DNA of 64,000 nt from Selaginella moellendorffii (Eukaryota > Plantae > Lycopodiophyta). This document shows positions 15,182 to 27,573 of the stretch, in pieces (positions within the stretch are counted from its first letter, which is position 1; the number at the start of each line of letters is the position of its first letter). The notes under the pieces were generated by a model that made no database searches, was not told where the DNA came from, and saw nothing but the letters and a program-made list of their open reading frames with translations. The position numbers and the translations under genes were made by a program. Where the stretch lies: positions 2,152,806-2,216,805 of the forward strand of contig NW_003314271.1 of assembly GCF_000143415.4 (NCBI RefSeq), in the 5' to 3' direction.

Positions 15182-15621
15182 TCAATCCTGGGAACTTTGC
15201 TCTTGCTGGTGCTGGTGTTGCCGCGGCCTCATTCTCCGTTCCAAATCCCTGTGTGACTCTACAAATCCTTCCTTTCCAAGGTTCCAATCTCAAGCTAATG
15301 CTTCTGGAGAGCTCTAGACCCACACCCAAAATCTGAGAAACGAGCTTTCCACCACTCGCGGTTTCTCCTTTCCTGTCGCTGTAAGTAAATCTACACGGAA
15401 GATTTCTATAGCCTGGAGAAGATTTACAGGAAGAGATCGACACGAGCTAGTTGATCGATCGAAACCGATCGATTCATCGATTCACGAGTCGAAAGAGTCG
15501 ATGAACTCGAGAAGAAAGAGCAAGTGGATTGAAAGCGCTAGTGAGCGCCCGCTATAGACCGAGGAAGAAGAAGGAGAAGAGTGGTCAAAGACTGTGTGAT
15601 ACATTCATTATAATGCCTTGG

Positions 15622-15790
15622 GATGGCCATGCATGGCCATCGATGCCCATTCCCATACCATTATGACCTCATGATAGCCGACGCATGGCATGCATACGTG
15701 GAGGGTTTGAATACGCCATCACGTTTGACTCGCCGCCACATCGCGCGGAGGTGGGCCACGTCACGTGTCAGTTATCTGCCACGTGGCCAT
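15622..15790. promoter_or_regulatory. Cluster of RY (CATGCA) and G-box/ABRE (CACGTG, CACGTC) motifs upstream of the TGA gene
   Basis: 20-bp palindrome GATGGCCATGCATGGCCATC (15622-15641), and GCCACGTCACGTGTC and GCCACGTGGC near 15755-15790. Confidence 0.5.
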
Positions 15791-18245
15791 CCGCGCGCCC
15801 TAGGTCTAGGCTTCCACCTAACACAAGGGCGACCTGGTCAAAGCAGGATTACTTAAGCCGGAATCCCAGTGCCTTGCGGTGTCGTTATCAAGGTAGGGAG
15901 AATCTTCGCTTCCTCGGGGGAAATTTCTATCTTAAAAAGAAAAAATGTATTAGATTGATCAGAGTGTTTGATCTTTCGAAGCATTGTTGTTGGGATTTTA
16001 ATGTCTTAAAAAATTAAGATTTCTTCTCTCCAAAATCATAGGGATTGACATTGTAAAACCAGAGGTATCACTTTCCCGGAACAAGTCTTGTTATTCGATT
16101 TTAGCGAGTCGCACGGGCTTCTAGACACATCACTTGACAAAAAAAAGGAGAGATGGAATTGAGATAGGGCAAGAAAGAGAGGTTTTTCTCCTTGCCAACC
16201 TTCCAAGGCCTAACTTTGTTCCCCAACTATAGACGCACTACATGATCAAATCAATATCAAATGGGAAATTTTGTGTACTAGAAAAGATCGTTTCTTATAC
16301 AATTTCAATGTGTGACCCCACGTCACCTTGTCCTATTCTTCGTGCTTCTTATATTTGGAAGATTCACACACGGGGCATTTGCTCCTTAGGCCCTAGGTTA
16401 GCAATTTGTATAGGTAGTATGATGACGTCACCTGACACGTCGGCGGGCAAAAAGTTGCGATTGATTGATCGTGAGTAAGCCAGGGAATGAACGGATAGAG
16501 AGTGTAGCAAAGGTTGGAGGAAAAGTGGCATCAATCATAGGGAATACAAGGTTTGGTGGCATTCAATGCAAACCCTAATGCTGAAAATTGTGGCCACAGA
16601 AATAATGGATGCTTGCCTGTGTCGAAAACGGAAGGACAAGGATAAGAAAGCAGCGCGATGAAAAACTTTTATAAAAAGTAAAATAAAAAGAAGAGATCTT
16701 CGACAAAAGCAAGCAAGCCACGACAAAGAATGTGGGCACTGGAGAGGAAGGATTGTTTCGAGGGGAAAGAAACCCTTTGAGGTGATCCATCCAATCCAAA
16801 GTGCCATCAGTCACAAACAATCTAGAAACCCTGATATTTCTTGCATGGCATTTCTTGAATGAAATCACACTCACACACACACATATCTAATCTATCTATA
16901 TCTGTTTGGGGATTGCACAAGCCTAACCACCAAAGTGGGGATTAAAATCTAGAAGCTGGCGGCCGATCAGATTCTCCGCCATTCAGAATCCCACGCCGCC
17001 GAGGTAGATTTTAGGGTTCCAGGCAAAAATTTAAAAAAAAACCAGCATAGCCTTGTCGGCCAGATTGTCGACGCTCTCGTCAACCAAGTGTTGTTGTTAG
17101 GGCTCGGGTTGCCACCGCCGTACAAGATGCTTCCGTGCAACGTCATGCTGGGATCATAATGACGTAGCAGCACAAGATCAACAAAAGTGCGTGTTGCATG
17201 CATGCATGGGCATGCATAGTCATTCATGTGCATGGCATCGCAATTCAAAGTTTTTTGTTTAAATTTGGTGTTTGAGCCACTCTCAATCAAGTCAACTCAG
17301 CGGGAAAAAACAAAGATAAATAATACCCCAAAAAATGTTAAAAGGTTATTAAACAAACATAAGAGTTTATCTTTCCTTTCCACAGCTAACAATGTCTAAG
17401 TTAATGACACATATTCCCAAAAAAAAGAGCTTACAATTAGAAAAACAAAGGAGATGGTCCCGCTGCTCGTCTTCATGCACGTCTCATACTAAGAGGACAA
17501 ACGGGTCAAGTTGAAGATGCGATTGGGGGCCCAAGAGAAACTTAAAATGTTGGGGGCTCTAAGTAAGAATCTCTCTTCCTTTGTGGCCAAGAAAGCCAAG
17601 ATCGAAGAAAACAAGCAAAAGAGATCATGGAAGGGTTGGGTTTTCTTGCTCCTTGGATGGAATTTGGGGGCAAACTCCTCAGAAAATCAAATAGAATCAA
17701 ATCCGGATCAAGCCACCTAAACAGTTGTGTTTTAGTTGTGTTGTAGTTATGCAGTCTCCTGTTTGGAGAACAAGTTGGAGATAGCAAAATGTTAGCTACA
17801 GTTTTGTGTCAATAAGATAAACTTCCATGCCTTGACAGCAAAAATGAAAAACCTATTTTTTTATAAGGAAAAAATATATAAAAATCAATTTAACCAACGA
17901 ACACTGTTCTCCCAGACCTCGACGAGGAAAAGGCGTTCAATTCGTGGTAAACGAGTTCCCTCCCTATTTGCGGTAGTTTACACGACCAAAGTAAAATAAG
18001 TGTCTTTTAACACGAGTCTTAAAGGCGGCCTCCACAACGCATTCTTGGACGAGGCAGAGGCCGCGGTAGCGAGGCGATTTCTCTCGCCGAGGCAAATCCT
18101 TTCCTGTGGTGTCGAGGCTCCAGGATGTGAGGATTTAATGGCCCGCGATCTTTCAATCCATGCAATTCGAGTCGCAGGTAGCTCAGCATCACGTCACTTG
18201 CAAGGGATAGAAAGATCGAATAGATAGATAGTCGATCGATCAAGG

Positions 18246-18581
18246 ATGGAGGGGTATCTTCCAACGGCGTTAGCTTGCATCGATCCATGCCAGTGCGAGA
18301 AGAAGCGCTATCACTCTAATTGTAGCTGCGGCCTCCACAAATCCCCTACCTGGAAGAGCGTGACCAGCCCACACAAGGAGGCGCGGTGCTCCAGCGCCAG
18401 CGCCGCCAAGGAGACGATCAGGAGGAGCGCTTCCATGTCTTGCATCCCAGCGGCGAGCCTTCCGGTGGATCCGGCTCCCAGGCTTTGCAAGCGCAGGACC
18501 TTCGCGGGCTTGAGGACAAATGCTGGATCTTTCCAGGATTTGGCCCGGATGGATGTGGAACTGGCGGAGTGTTTCGACTGA
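18246..18581 (+). CDS. Hypothetical small protein (111 aa, Cys-rich N-terminus)
   Basis: GC-rich ATG-initiated ORF within AT-rich flanks. No family recognised. Confidence 0.35.
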   Translation: MEGYLPTALACIDPCQCEKKRYHSNCSCGLHKSPTWKSVTSPHKEARCSSASAAKETIRRSASMSCIPAASLPVDPAPRLCKRRTFAGLRTNAGSFQDLARMDVELAECFD

Positions 18582-18957
18582 TCCAGATGGTGGAGAGATT
18601 TTTGATTGATCGAGACGGTCAGGCTTGCAAGCAGGGAGCTTGATCGATTTTTCCATTCTTTTTCCCGGAGGTGGTAGATGTTAGAGAAATGATCGCAAGA
18701 GGATCATACCAAGGGCACCGCTTTGACCCTTGACAGTCTCTCGAATATTCTTTCTAGGGTGTAGAAATGTATTTTCTTCTTGGAATATACAATTATTTTC
18801 TAAGAAAAACTGTTTTATTCGATTTTGGCTTGCTGTTAAGCAAATAAATATCTTTTTAAAGTTTTGCGGCAGGATTAATAACCACGAACCCTTACTTTTT
18901 ATTTGATCAAACGGAAAGCTACCATTGAAAATTGGATAAAATCTTTTACACAGTAGC

Positions 18958-20436
18958 TCAATTTTCTGATTCTGCAATCTCTTCCATGGTTTTCGTCTCT
19001 TGCTCTAGCATTTTGTCCAGCCTCTCACGATACAGTGCCAAATCCTGGAAACAAAATTGACAATTACCAACTTCCATCGGAGAAAATGAGAAGCAGAATT
19101 ACTTACTGGAGTAAATGCGTATGGACCAGTGGAATCGGGGCTTATGGGACTTCCACGCCGCAAAAATTTGCCGTCCTTGAACACGTAGAGCATTGGGACT
19201 CCAGTCGAAAGCTCAAGTTCAATCACCTTGAGTAAAAAACATGCCTGAGAATTTTCTAGCCAAACGGATTAAAACTTTCTACCTCTTGTGGTGTAAGGCT
19301 GTCGAGATACATGATGATCGATCGTAGAGAATTTCCATGCGCAGCGATCAAAACGTTCTTGCCACTGGAAAGCTGTGGTTCGATCTGCGAGAGAGAAAAG
19401 AAAAAAGATTGAATTTTTTGCTGGGAAAGTTTTAGGAATACCTCTCTGCAAAAATAGTCCACGGCTCTCTCAGCGCACATAGCCAAACTCTCTCCGTTTG
19501 GAGGAGGAACGTCGTAGCTTCGTCTCCATTCCTGGACCTTTTGGACGCCATACTTCTCGGCGGTCTCTTTCTTGTTTAGTCCCTGGAGCTCGCCATACCT
19601 GGACGCTTTGCTTCAATGAGAACTATCGGCTTGAAAAAAGAGACAAGTACTCACATTCTTTCGTTGAGCTCCCAGGCAGTAAAAACTGGGATCGTTTCGT
19701 TCTTCGTCTTCGAGCTGAATACGGTGCTCCAGGAATTTGCTCGGCTGCTTTCGTTGTGCAAAATCACGGGCACCTAAAACAAAAGAAAAGAAATATTTTT
19801 TGAGAAAAGAGAAAAACAAAAAACAAAACTCAAGAACTCTTTTTTTTTTTTTTTTACCTTCTTCATGCGGTGCTGAGTCATGGCAAGCATGGCGGTCATT
19901 TGAGCTCGAATCAAAGCGGACGTAAAGATCACATCAACTGGCAAATTCGAAATTCTCTTGCCTGCTTCAATTGCCTCTTCGACACCTTCACGAGAAAGTG
20001 GAACGTCTACACATCCCGTGAAAAGATTCTTCTGGTTCCACAGCGATTCACCATGTCGGATGAGGATCAATGCAGATTCGCCTGACCACAACACACACCG
20101 TAAGTTAAGTCGGAAGATTTGTTGTTTAAGACCTCCATGAACAGTGAACTGGAAAAATATCTAGAAAAAAAAGAGAGCAAAAGTTGTCGTCTTACTTGTC
20201 GATGTTGGAGACGAGGGAGTGTCGTCAGCTATGGTTGGAGTGGAAGACACAGCTCGAATTTGGAGGAAGAACTTTGCGTTCTTCTTCTTGAGGTTGAGAG
20301 CCATAGCCTTTGGAGGATTTCTGCTGAGAAAGCTCACTCTACTGGTGCTTCCAAGGCTCCATGACGATCTCCCAGCAAGTAGTTCCTCCGAGGACCAGCA
20401 CACGGATCTAGCACCGATGGAAGTCGCCGAGGCCAT
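18958..20436 (-). CDS. 2,3-bisphosphoglycerate-dependent phosphoglycerate mutase-like protein (histidine phosphatase), with transit-peptide-like N-terminus, multi-exon
   Basis: LILIRHGESLWNQKNLFTGCVDVPL, PPNGESLAMCAERAV, VLIAAHGNSLRSII, ELSTGVPMLY. Ser/Arg-rich N-terminus. Confidence 0.9.
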
Positions 20437-21049
20437 AGCTCTCTAGAATTTGGAGACAAGCACCACAAGTTTGTAAGAACTTGGATCACGCGAAACACAC
20501 CCACATTAATCGAGCAAAGCATGCACAGGCCGAAAGCCCAGAAAAAAATTCGAAGAACACAGACCGAAGAAAAAAAAAACAAATTTGGGCGAATTCCTCA
20601 AAGAAAAGCTACCTGGACTTGCCGAGCGATCCCTCCCAGATCTGCGAACGCGAATCCAAAATCTCGCCCCCAAGGCGAGGAGAGATCTCTCAAATGTAGA
20701 GCGCACGCGCGCGGCAGCCTTTGTGGAAGAACGGTAGGTGAGAGAAAGAGCGTTGAACGAGGTAGAGCGCACACACTAGACACGCTAAATGTGCGAGGAA
20801 AAGGAAGAAGCGACCATAGATTTCACTTGGAAGCCTCCGCCCACGCTTGAGCGGCCCTCGTTCAACAAAACCATGCAAACAGGAAGAACCCTAGTGTAAA
20901 AAAGGAAGATTCTCGCGTCGGTAAATTCTTTTCAAACGCCAGCCGTGGATCTCCGAGGTTAAATTTGAGTTATATTGGACGGGCAGGATTGAAAAGCTGG
21001 GGGTATATAATTGTAGGGCTTGAGGAGATTTTAGGGCGAGAAAGGAGCG

Positions 21050-22297
21050 ATGGAGGTCGGCGTGGAGCTATGGCGCACGCGCAGGCTTCTCGGCGATCTG
21101 AGCGAGATGCAAGGTAACGGGACGAGCATGATCACGCTCATGGTGCCGCCCCGAGATCAAGTGGCTAGGGTCCAGAAGCTCTTGGTGGAGGAGATGGGGG
21201 CGGCGGCGAACATCAAGAGCCGGACCAATCGCCAGTCGGTCCAGGGCGCCATCAAATCGGCCCAGCAGCGGCTGAAGCTCTACTCCAAGGTGCCGCCCAG
21301 GGGCCTGGCGATCTTCGTGGGGACGATTGCTCTAGGGGGCAACAAGGACAGGATGATTGCCGTGAGCTTTGAGCCCGCCAAGCCCTTGAGCCGGTTTGCG
21401 TATCTCTGCGACAAGAGATTCCACACGGAGCTCTTGGACTTCCTGCTCGAGGAGTCCGAGACCAAGTATGGATTCATCGTCATGGACGGTAACGGGACCT
21501 TGTTTGGGACGCTCAGTGGGGCTTGACGGTTAATCCTCGACAAGTCCAGCGTGGACTTGCCGAAGAAGCACGGCCGGGGAGGGCAGTCGGCCTTGCGATT
21601 CGATAGACTAAGAACCGGGTGCCGCCATAACTATCTCGTCCAGGCATCCGAAGCTGCCGTGAAGCACTTCATCGATCCCAGCAGCAGCCAGGCCAACGTT
21701 GCGGGATTGATCCTCGCGGGGAGCGCCGATCTCAAGACGGAGCTGGAGCCCTTGCTGGATCCCCGGCTGAGGGCCAAAGTTCTCAAGGTGGTGACTATAT
21801 CCCATGGAGGAGAACGGGGGTTTAACCAGGCGATCGAGCTCTCGGAGGATGTTCTAGCCAGCGTGAAGTTCGTCCAGGAGAAGAAGCTGCTGGGGGAGTT
21901 CTTCGAGGAGATCGGAGTCTGCTCCAACAAGCACGTATCGGGGATCAGGGACACGCTCCAGGCGTTGGAAATGGGAGCGGTGAAGAGCTTGATTGTTTAC
22001 GAGGATTTGGAAACGAGGAGGTATGTCTACGACGATCCTCAGACCGGGAACAAGGTGACCAAGGTTTTGAGCAAGGAGGAAGCGAAGGAGGAGGTTCCAA
22101 GGAACAGAGAGGTGGAAGATAAGGCTCTGGTGGAGTGGCTTGCGGAGGAGTACAAAGGGTTTGGGTGCGAGCTACACATAATCACGAATCACACGGAGGA
22201 AGGGTCTAGCTTTTGCTCGGGATATGGAGGGATTGGAGGGATTCTTCGCTATCCACTGGACTTTGCGGCCATGAACGAGGAAGGAGACGAAGCGTAA
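21050..22297 (+). CDS. eRF1: Eukaryotic peptide chain release factor 1, intronless, with one in-frame TGA at 21524-21526 (readthrough candidate or young pseudogene)
   Basis: ORFs 21050-21526 and 21551-22297 are in the same frame. GTS, NIKS, YLCDKRF, KKHGRGGQSALRF and GGIGGILRY motifs are all present. The junction reads TLSGA*RLILDKSSVDLPKKH, collinear with canonical [21 protein letters not shown]. Confidence 0.9.
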
Positions 22298-22564
22298 GCC
22301 TTAAGCTATGTGTTAAGTATTTCATTGTCATTGTCTCATTGTTAGTCTCATTGTCATTGTCATTGTCTCTCTTAATATGAATCCATACATTTTTCCAAGT
22401 CTTTCAGCATGTTTTTGCTAGAAGCTTATCACCTAAAGTTTGAGCAATAGACTAAATTGACAAGAAATTTAGAGCACTAGAGAGATCTTTCACTGGATTT
22501 CTTCAAGTGGCAAGAACTACAGCAATGAATGTCTACATTGAAAGCACGAAAACTTACAAACTTT

Positions 22565-23496
22565 TTAGCCACCAAAAACTCTTGAGGCAGACGATTTGGC
22601 CATGGAGGATATGAAGGTGAGGCCCGAGGAGCCACCTGGGAAGTAGGATATGACATAGTAGAGCAAAGCCAGAAGCTGCAAATACGCAAAAAGAAAAGAA
22701 GCAAACTTGATTTTTCGAAGTAGCTCGGGCTTACCTGAACTACAGAGAAAAGAACTGAGAACAAGTAGCTGTGCAACACCATCGACGCGTAGATCGTCGC
22801 CACAATGCTTCCAACGAAGGCCGCAGTGAAAGGCAACCTCTGCAAATCCAAAAAAGAAAGAAAGAACGAAAGCGTGAGACCACCAATCCATGGAACAAAT
22901 CTAAGAACTTCTCACCTCCTGCGAGATCATGTGGGCAAACTGCGCGCGAGGACCTTTCAGCGCGAAGAAGGATCCCATGACGAGCAGACATCCGATCGTG
23001 AAGCACGACGCAAACTTTTGAGGCACGAGAACGATCACCGGCAAGAACATAGTGAAGGAGATGAAGAGGAAGAAGACCCCGGATCCCAGCAGCAGAGCAA
23101 AGTATGTGATCGCCTTTCCAGAAGGAATGCCGCTCGTCGCCGATTGTACGCTTCCAGGAAGCTCTCTCACGCCCTTAGACAACCTGGGATCGTCAACAAA
23201 GAAAACATGAAACTAAACAAAGAATTGTGTGCGAGCATAGCACGGATCGGGCTCTAGAAACCAGGATCTGGAGAGGAAACGAGATCTTACGTGCTGAATG
23301 CGCCGGAGATTGTGTTGTTGGCGGATTTGAAGAGCGCGCCGGCTTCCACATCCAGACCCCCGGCCTCCTGGCGCGATACCTCCGCGTAGGAATTCCACTG
23401 CGATAGAAGGCTAGGAGCTCCATCGCCAGCAGCTGCATCGCCGCTGGGGCCACCATTGAACCAGCCCTGGAGCATCGCCTTGCCACTCCCCCACAT
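22565..23496 (-). CDS. Got1/Sft2-like vesicle transport protein, multi-exon
   Basis: SLLSQWNSYA, VLVPQKFASCFTIG, LKGPRAQFAHM, RLPFTAAFVGS, LLYYVISYFPGG; four hydrophobic segments. Confidence 0.85.
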
Positions 23497-24914
23497 CCAA
23501 AAGAAACCCTAGTGCTGGCATCAAATGCGAATATTCTAGTTTTTGAAGTTAGTATATCCACATTTAACTTTACAAATTAGCTGTTGTAACTTAAAGCTTT
23601 TAATCCGGTCTTGAATTTACTAGAAAAAAATTTTAATTAAACTTTCACATTTAGAAAATATTTATAAATTAAACATTGTGAGTGGTTGGGATATTTATCT
23701 TTTGTTAAGCATTTTTAAAGTGGAAGTTACTCTTTCTTAAACTTAAATAAACTCACCACTTAATTACTTGATTCAGCATGCACATGAAGCTAAAAATCTA
23801 CTATAATTTAAGCATTTTAGTCAAAGTTTAAATTTTATAGAATCTTTAATTTTTAAATTTTTTCTCATTAATTCAGTCAAATAAAAACTTATATTGATTT
23901 ATAGTTATAAAAGTCATAAATCCCAATCAATAAGTAAAATATGAGAATGAAAATATATTTATATTTATTAAAATCAATTTTGAGCACTTAAAGTATATAG
24001 CTAAAGTTAAATTTCTATTGGTTTTATTTTATATTCTGAAACTATATAAAATTTGTAGTCAACTCTTTTTAGAAGGGATAAATTACTATAAACAACTAAA
24101 CTTTCTTTCATAACTTTCAAAAAAAAAAAAGATATTCATCACACTAAAAATGATAAGGGAGGAAAAAGAACTTTAAACTTCATTTCTTTAATGCAAGATT
24201 CTGAATGTTTGTTTTCATAATCCATGTCTTATATATATTCTCTAAAATTCATTAGTGCCTTTTGTATAATCATCGGGCATCGTCCATTCATAAAAATCCT
24301 CACCATATGCTTCTTTGGAAGGATTTTACAAAGCAGCAACGTGATTAAGAGTAGATCTTTAATAAAGGAGTCAATGAAAATCTCATTAATTGTTCAGCAT
24401 CTTTCCACACTATCATAAAGTTATTGTGTTCAAAATTGATAACTAATAATGCACCATCTTTGCATGCTTTATGCCTTGAGAAAAAAAAAAGAGGAATTTC
24501 CACTAACTTCTAATTTTTATATTTTTTAAAAAAGGTAATACTTAAAGAAAAAATATTGCAAAACTAAAAGAAAAAACTTAAACTAAAATCACTCCACATT
24601 CCATACTGTAATGCTTTTTGTCATGAAGAGCTCTTCTTTGTATAGTCATTAGATCATATTTTATATTTTATTATTGATATAATAAAATATTGATGTATTA
24701 AAGGTGAGCACTAGGACAAGGAAAAGGAGAATAGCCATTGGGATATTCTTCTGTGATTTAAGCATCCAAGATATTCATTATAATACAAAGCAAAGATGAC
24801 GATTTACAAGCTAGTTTTCGGAGAAAGATCTTCACTACAAAATAAAGTGTAATAAAGTTTGTTCCATTATAAAACAAGGGTTTAATATACACTCAATATC
24901 ACCTATGAGCATTA

Positions 24915-25284
24915 ACTCCCTACTACACATTTGAAAGCCCCCACAACCCCAGCCCGTGTTTAGTGGACACAGTAAGCTATTATGTAACAATAGTAAGGGA
25001 CTAGATTCAATATCATAGGGGTTTCCAACACTAGCAAGTATAAGCTAACAACATAAATTTCTTATCACTATATCAAATATATTTGATTTAATAACAATTT
25101 AAGATTTCTTTTGTTAGTGCTCTTTTGGTTTGAATGCATATATGCTAACCAATTTCTCAACTAACTTAGTGGAGATTATAAAGAAAACCAGTAGTACCGA
25201 CCTACTATCATGACAGTAAGGAAAGAATGTCTATAAGGACTATCTGATAAATTTCTTTTGATACCTGAAATCACATTTATGACA
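24915..25284 (-). mobile_element. Decayed LTR of the same family as the element at 42296-49595
   Basis: Collinear with 42825-43429 (e.g. CCAACACTAGCAAG, TTTCTCAACTA, GATACCTGAA.TCACATT..GACA) with many transitions and an internal deletion. Confidence 0.75.
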
Positions 25285-25301
25285 TTAAGCCATAAACTAT
25301 T

Positions 25302-25591
25302 TATGCTTTATTTCGTTAAAGTGGGACTTTTCATTATCCCACTTATGGTGTGTGGCCACATGCCATTTTTATAACAACAATAAAAAATTGAAGTTTTAAC
25401 TTTATAATTTATAAATTAAAAACTTTTCATATGATTTTGTGTTATAATATTGTGAAATATAAAAAAATAAATTAAAAAACTGATAGAAATATTAATAAAT
25501 ATTAATTAAGTACTAGGAAATGGCATGTGGACACATGCTAATTAATGTCCCACTTTACTGAATAAGTCCCACTTTAACGAAATAAAGCATA
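25302..25591. mobile_element. MITE with ~28-bp terminal inverted repeats
   Basis: TATGCTTTATTTCGTTAAAGTGGGACTT ... AAGTCCCACTTTAACGAAATAAAGCATA. Subterminal IR CACATGCCATTT/AAATGGCATGTG, AT-rich core. The terminal TA could be the TSD. Confidence 0.85.
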
Positions 25592-25829
25592 TTTACACAA
25601 GTCCATCTTTCATTCTAATGCAATTTAGAATGACATAGGGCTATTCATTAATCTATTCTTTTTTTTTATTGCATCTTAGAATGATATAATGCCACAAGAA
25701 AGTGCAGGTTAATAATACAAGTTTCTTAGACTAGGCTGAGTATGCTTAGCATAAAACACATAGGGATTCCTACCTTATATTTATCCATAACCAATTTTTT
25801 GACTATTTTAAGTGGGAACTAATTATATT

Positions 25830-26250
25830 GATCTTCTACTGTCATAACAATAAGGAGAGAGTGTCTATAAAGACTAACCAATAAATATTTTTTGATACCC
25901 AAAGTCACATTCACAACACTCTCCCCTCCTTGGGGAAGATTAACATCCTCATCAATACATACCCTAGTCTAGCAAACAACTTCAAAAGTTAATGGAAATC
26001 ATACTTTGTGGGAAACACAATGACTTGCATGAGTGGGAAACTACTTATGTCTAAAGATGCTAAGACTCAAACACCCTCCACAATAAGGAAATGACTAATA
26101 GAATTAACCACCCTTGTTACTTTGAATACCACATGGCTTATAAAGGGATGATATAGTTCTACTTGCTTGGATATATAGAGAGAACCAAAGGCCCAACTCT
26201 TTTGAGCACAAATCAAAATTTAGATAACTATTATAAATCACCACAGCTAA
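25830..26250 (-). mobile_element. Decayed LTR end + PPT + adjacent internal sequence of the 42296-49595 family
   Basis: AAGTCACATTCACAACACTCTCCCCTCCTTGGGGAAGAT matches 43413-43450, and similarity continues to the counterpart of ~43790. Confidence 0.75.
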
Positions 26251-26322
26251 TAGCACTATTAAACAAAATTTAGCACAATTTCAACATAGGTAGGAGACAA
26301 GTGTTCAACCCTTATCCCCCAT

Positions 26323-26476
26323 GTGGCTGCCATACTAATGGGAGGGGGCTAAGGGGTGGACACTTGTCTCCCACCTAAGGTCAAACAGGAGGGGTAGGGC
26401 CCACCTCATTGGCCTTGGGCTCCCCCGGGAGACAAGTGTCCACCCCTTAACCCCCTCCCACCAGCATGGCAGCCAC
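26323..26476. repeat. GC-rich inverted repeat (50-bp arms, 54-nt loop)
   Basis: Arms 26323-26372 and 26427-26476 are 46/50 reverse-complementary. Confidence 0.85.
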
Positions 26477-27573
26477 CTTGAGGTCAAGGGTATGCAGCCT
26501 AGGCTAGCTCCCTACCCACCATAGAGGCTCAACCCAATGCCACTCCAGGCACCAAAGCCCAGCCCACACCATTGCATCCAAGGCCCAAACAAGCCCACTA
26601 CACCATTATACATTGTGACATGACCTCACCAAAATGTAGGATTTATTTTGCTTTCTTGTGCTAACCTCTTACCCATGAAGAGGAGATCTTCAATTCAGCA
26701 AGGATTACATAGAGAAAAGCATCTGCAAATATATAAAAAAAGTATTTTTAAAAAATAATTATTAGAAAACAGTACTTCAATCCTCATCCTTTATATAAAA
26801 CCAAATAATTGACATGGTTACACGCATAGGCAAGGGGCTCAACAATGGTTTATGGTTTTTCTTAGTCAATCCTTGATGATACCTTAGCTCAATTTGAATC
26901 CCAGAGTGTTTATCATAGTAATTTTTATGGTTTGATATTCTTATTCTTTAACTTGTTTCATTTTCAGGTTGTTTAACATAAATTTTTATATGGGGCTCAA
27001 GTGAAGCAACTATTAATGACATAGCTCTTTTCAAAAAATGTTTTTGCTTCATAATTTAAGTGGATCATTACAAGAATAATTGATCCAAATATACTTTAAT
27101 ATTTAATGAATAAGGTTAAAAATGGTGAAAGTTGATTATACTCAAAATGATAAATTAGAATCGTGAATCTTGATTGTATAAGGTCTTAAATAGTTACCAT
27201 AATAGAGTTTTGTAAATCTTGTGTATTGTGATTAATTTTCTCCAGAAATGTTGAAAACCCTTTTGATAACATCATAAGAAATTATTTTCCAAGCATTCAA
27301 AAATCTTTAGTAACTTTTTTTATTTTTTAAAAAATAAGTTTATAAATTTGAGGTTAAACCAAATAGATAACTAAAAACTCATGTGGGAGAACCCACTAAT
27401 ATGAGGAATTGAAATTTTATTTATATCAAATCTAAACTATAAATGAGTTTTTAATTAAAACTGATAGTAACTAGCCTTAAACCCAGCTTAGATGGATTAT
27501 GATGGTTCAAGTTGTCCTCCTGATCATGAAGTTCCCGCTAGTGTAGTTCTTACTAGATTGTAATTAAGAAGAT

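Noticed and set aside
21524-21550. Tiny intron or selenocysteine explaining the eRF1 stop
   Set aside because: The translation is collinear with canonical eRF1 across the stop, so nothing needs to be removed. The position is not a Cys, and land plants lack Sec machinery.
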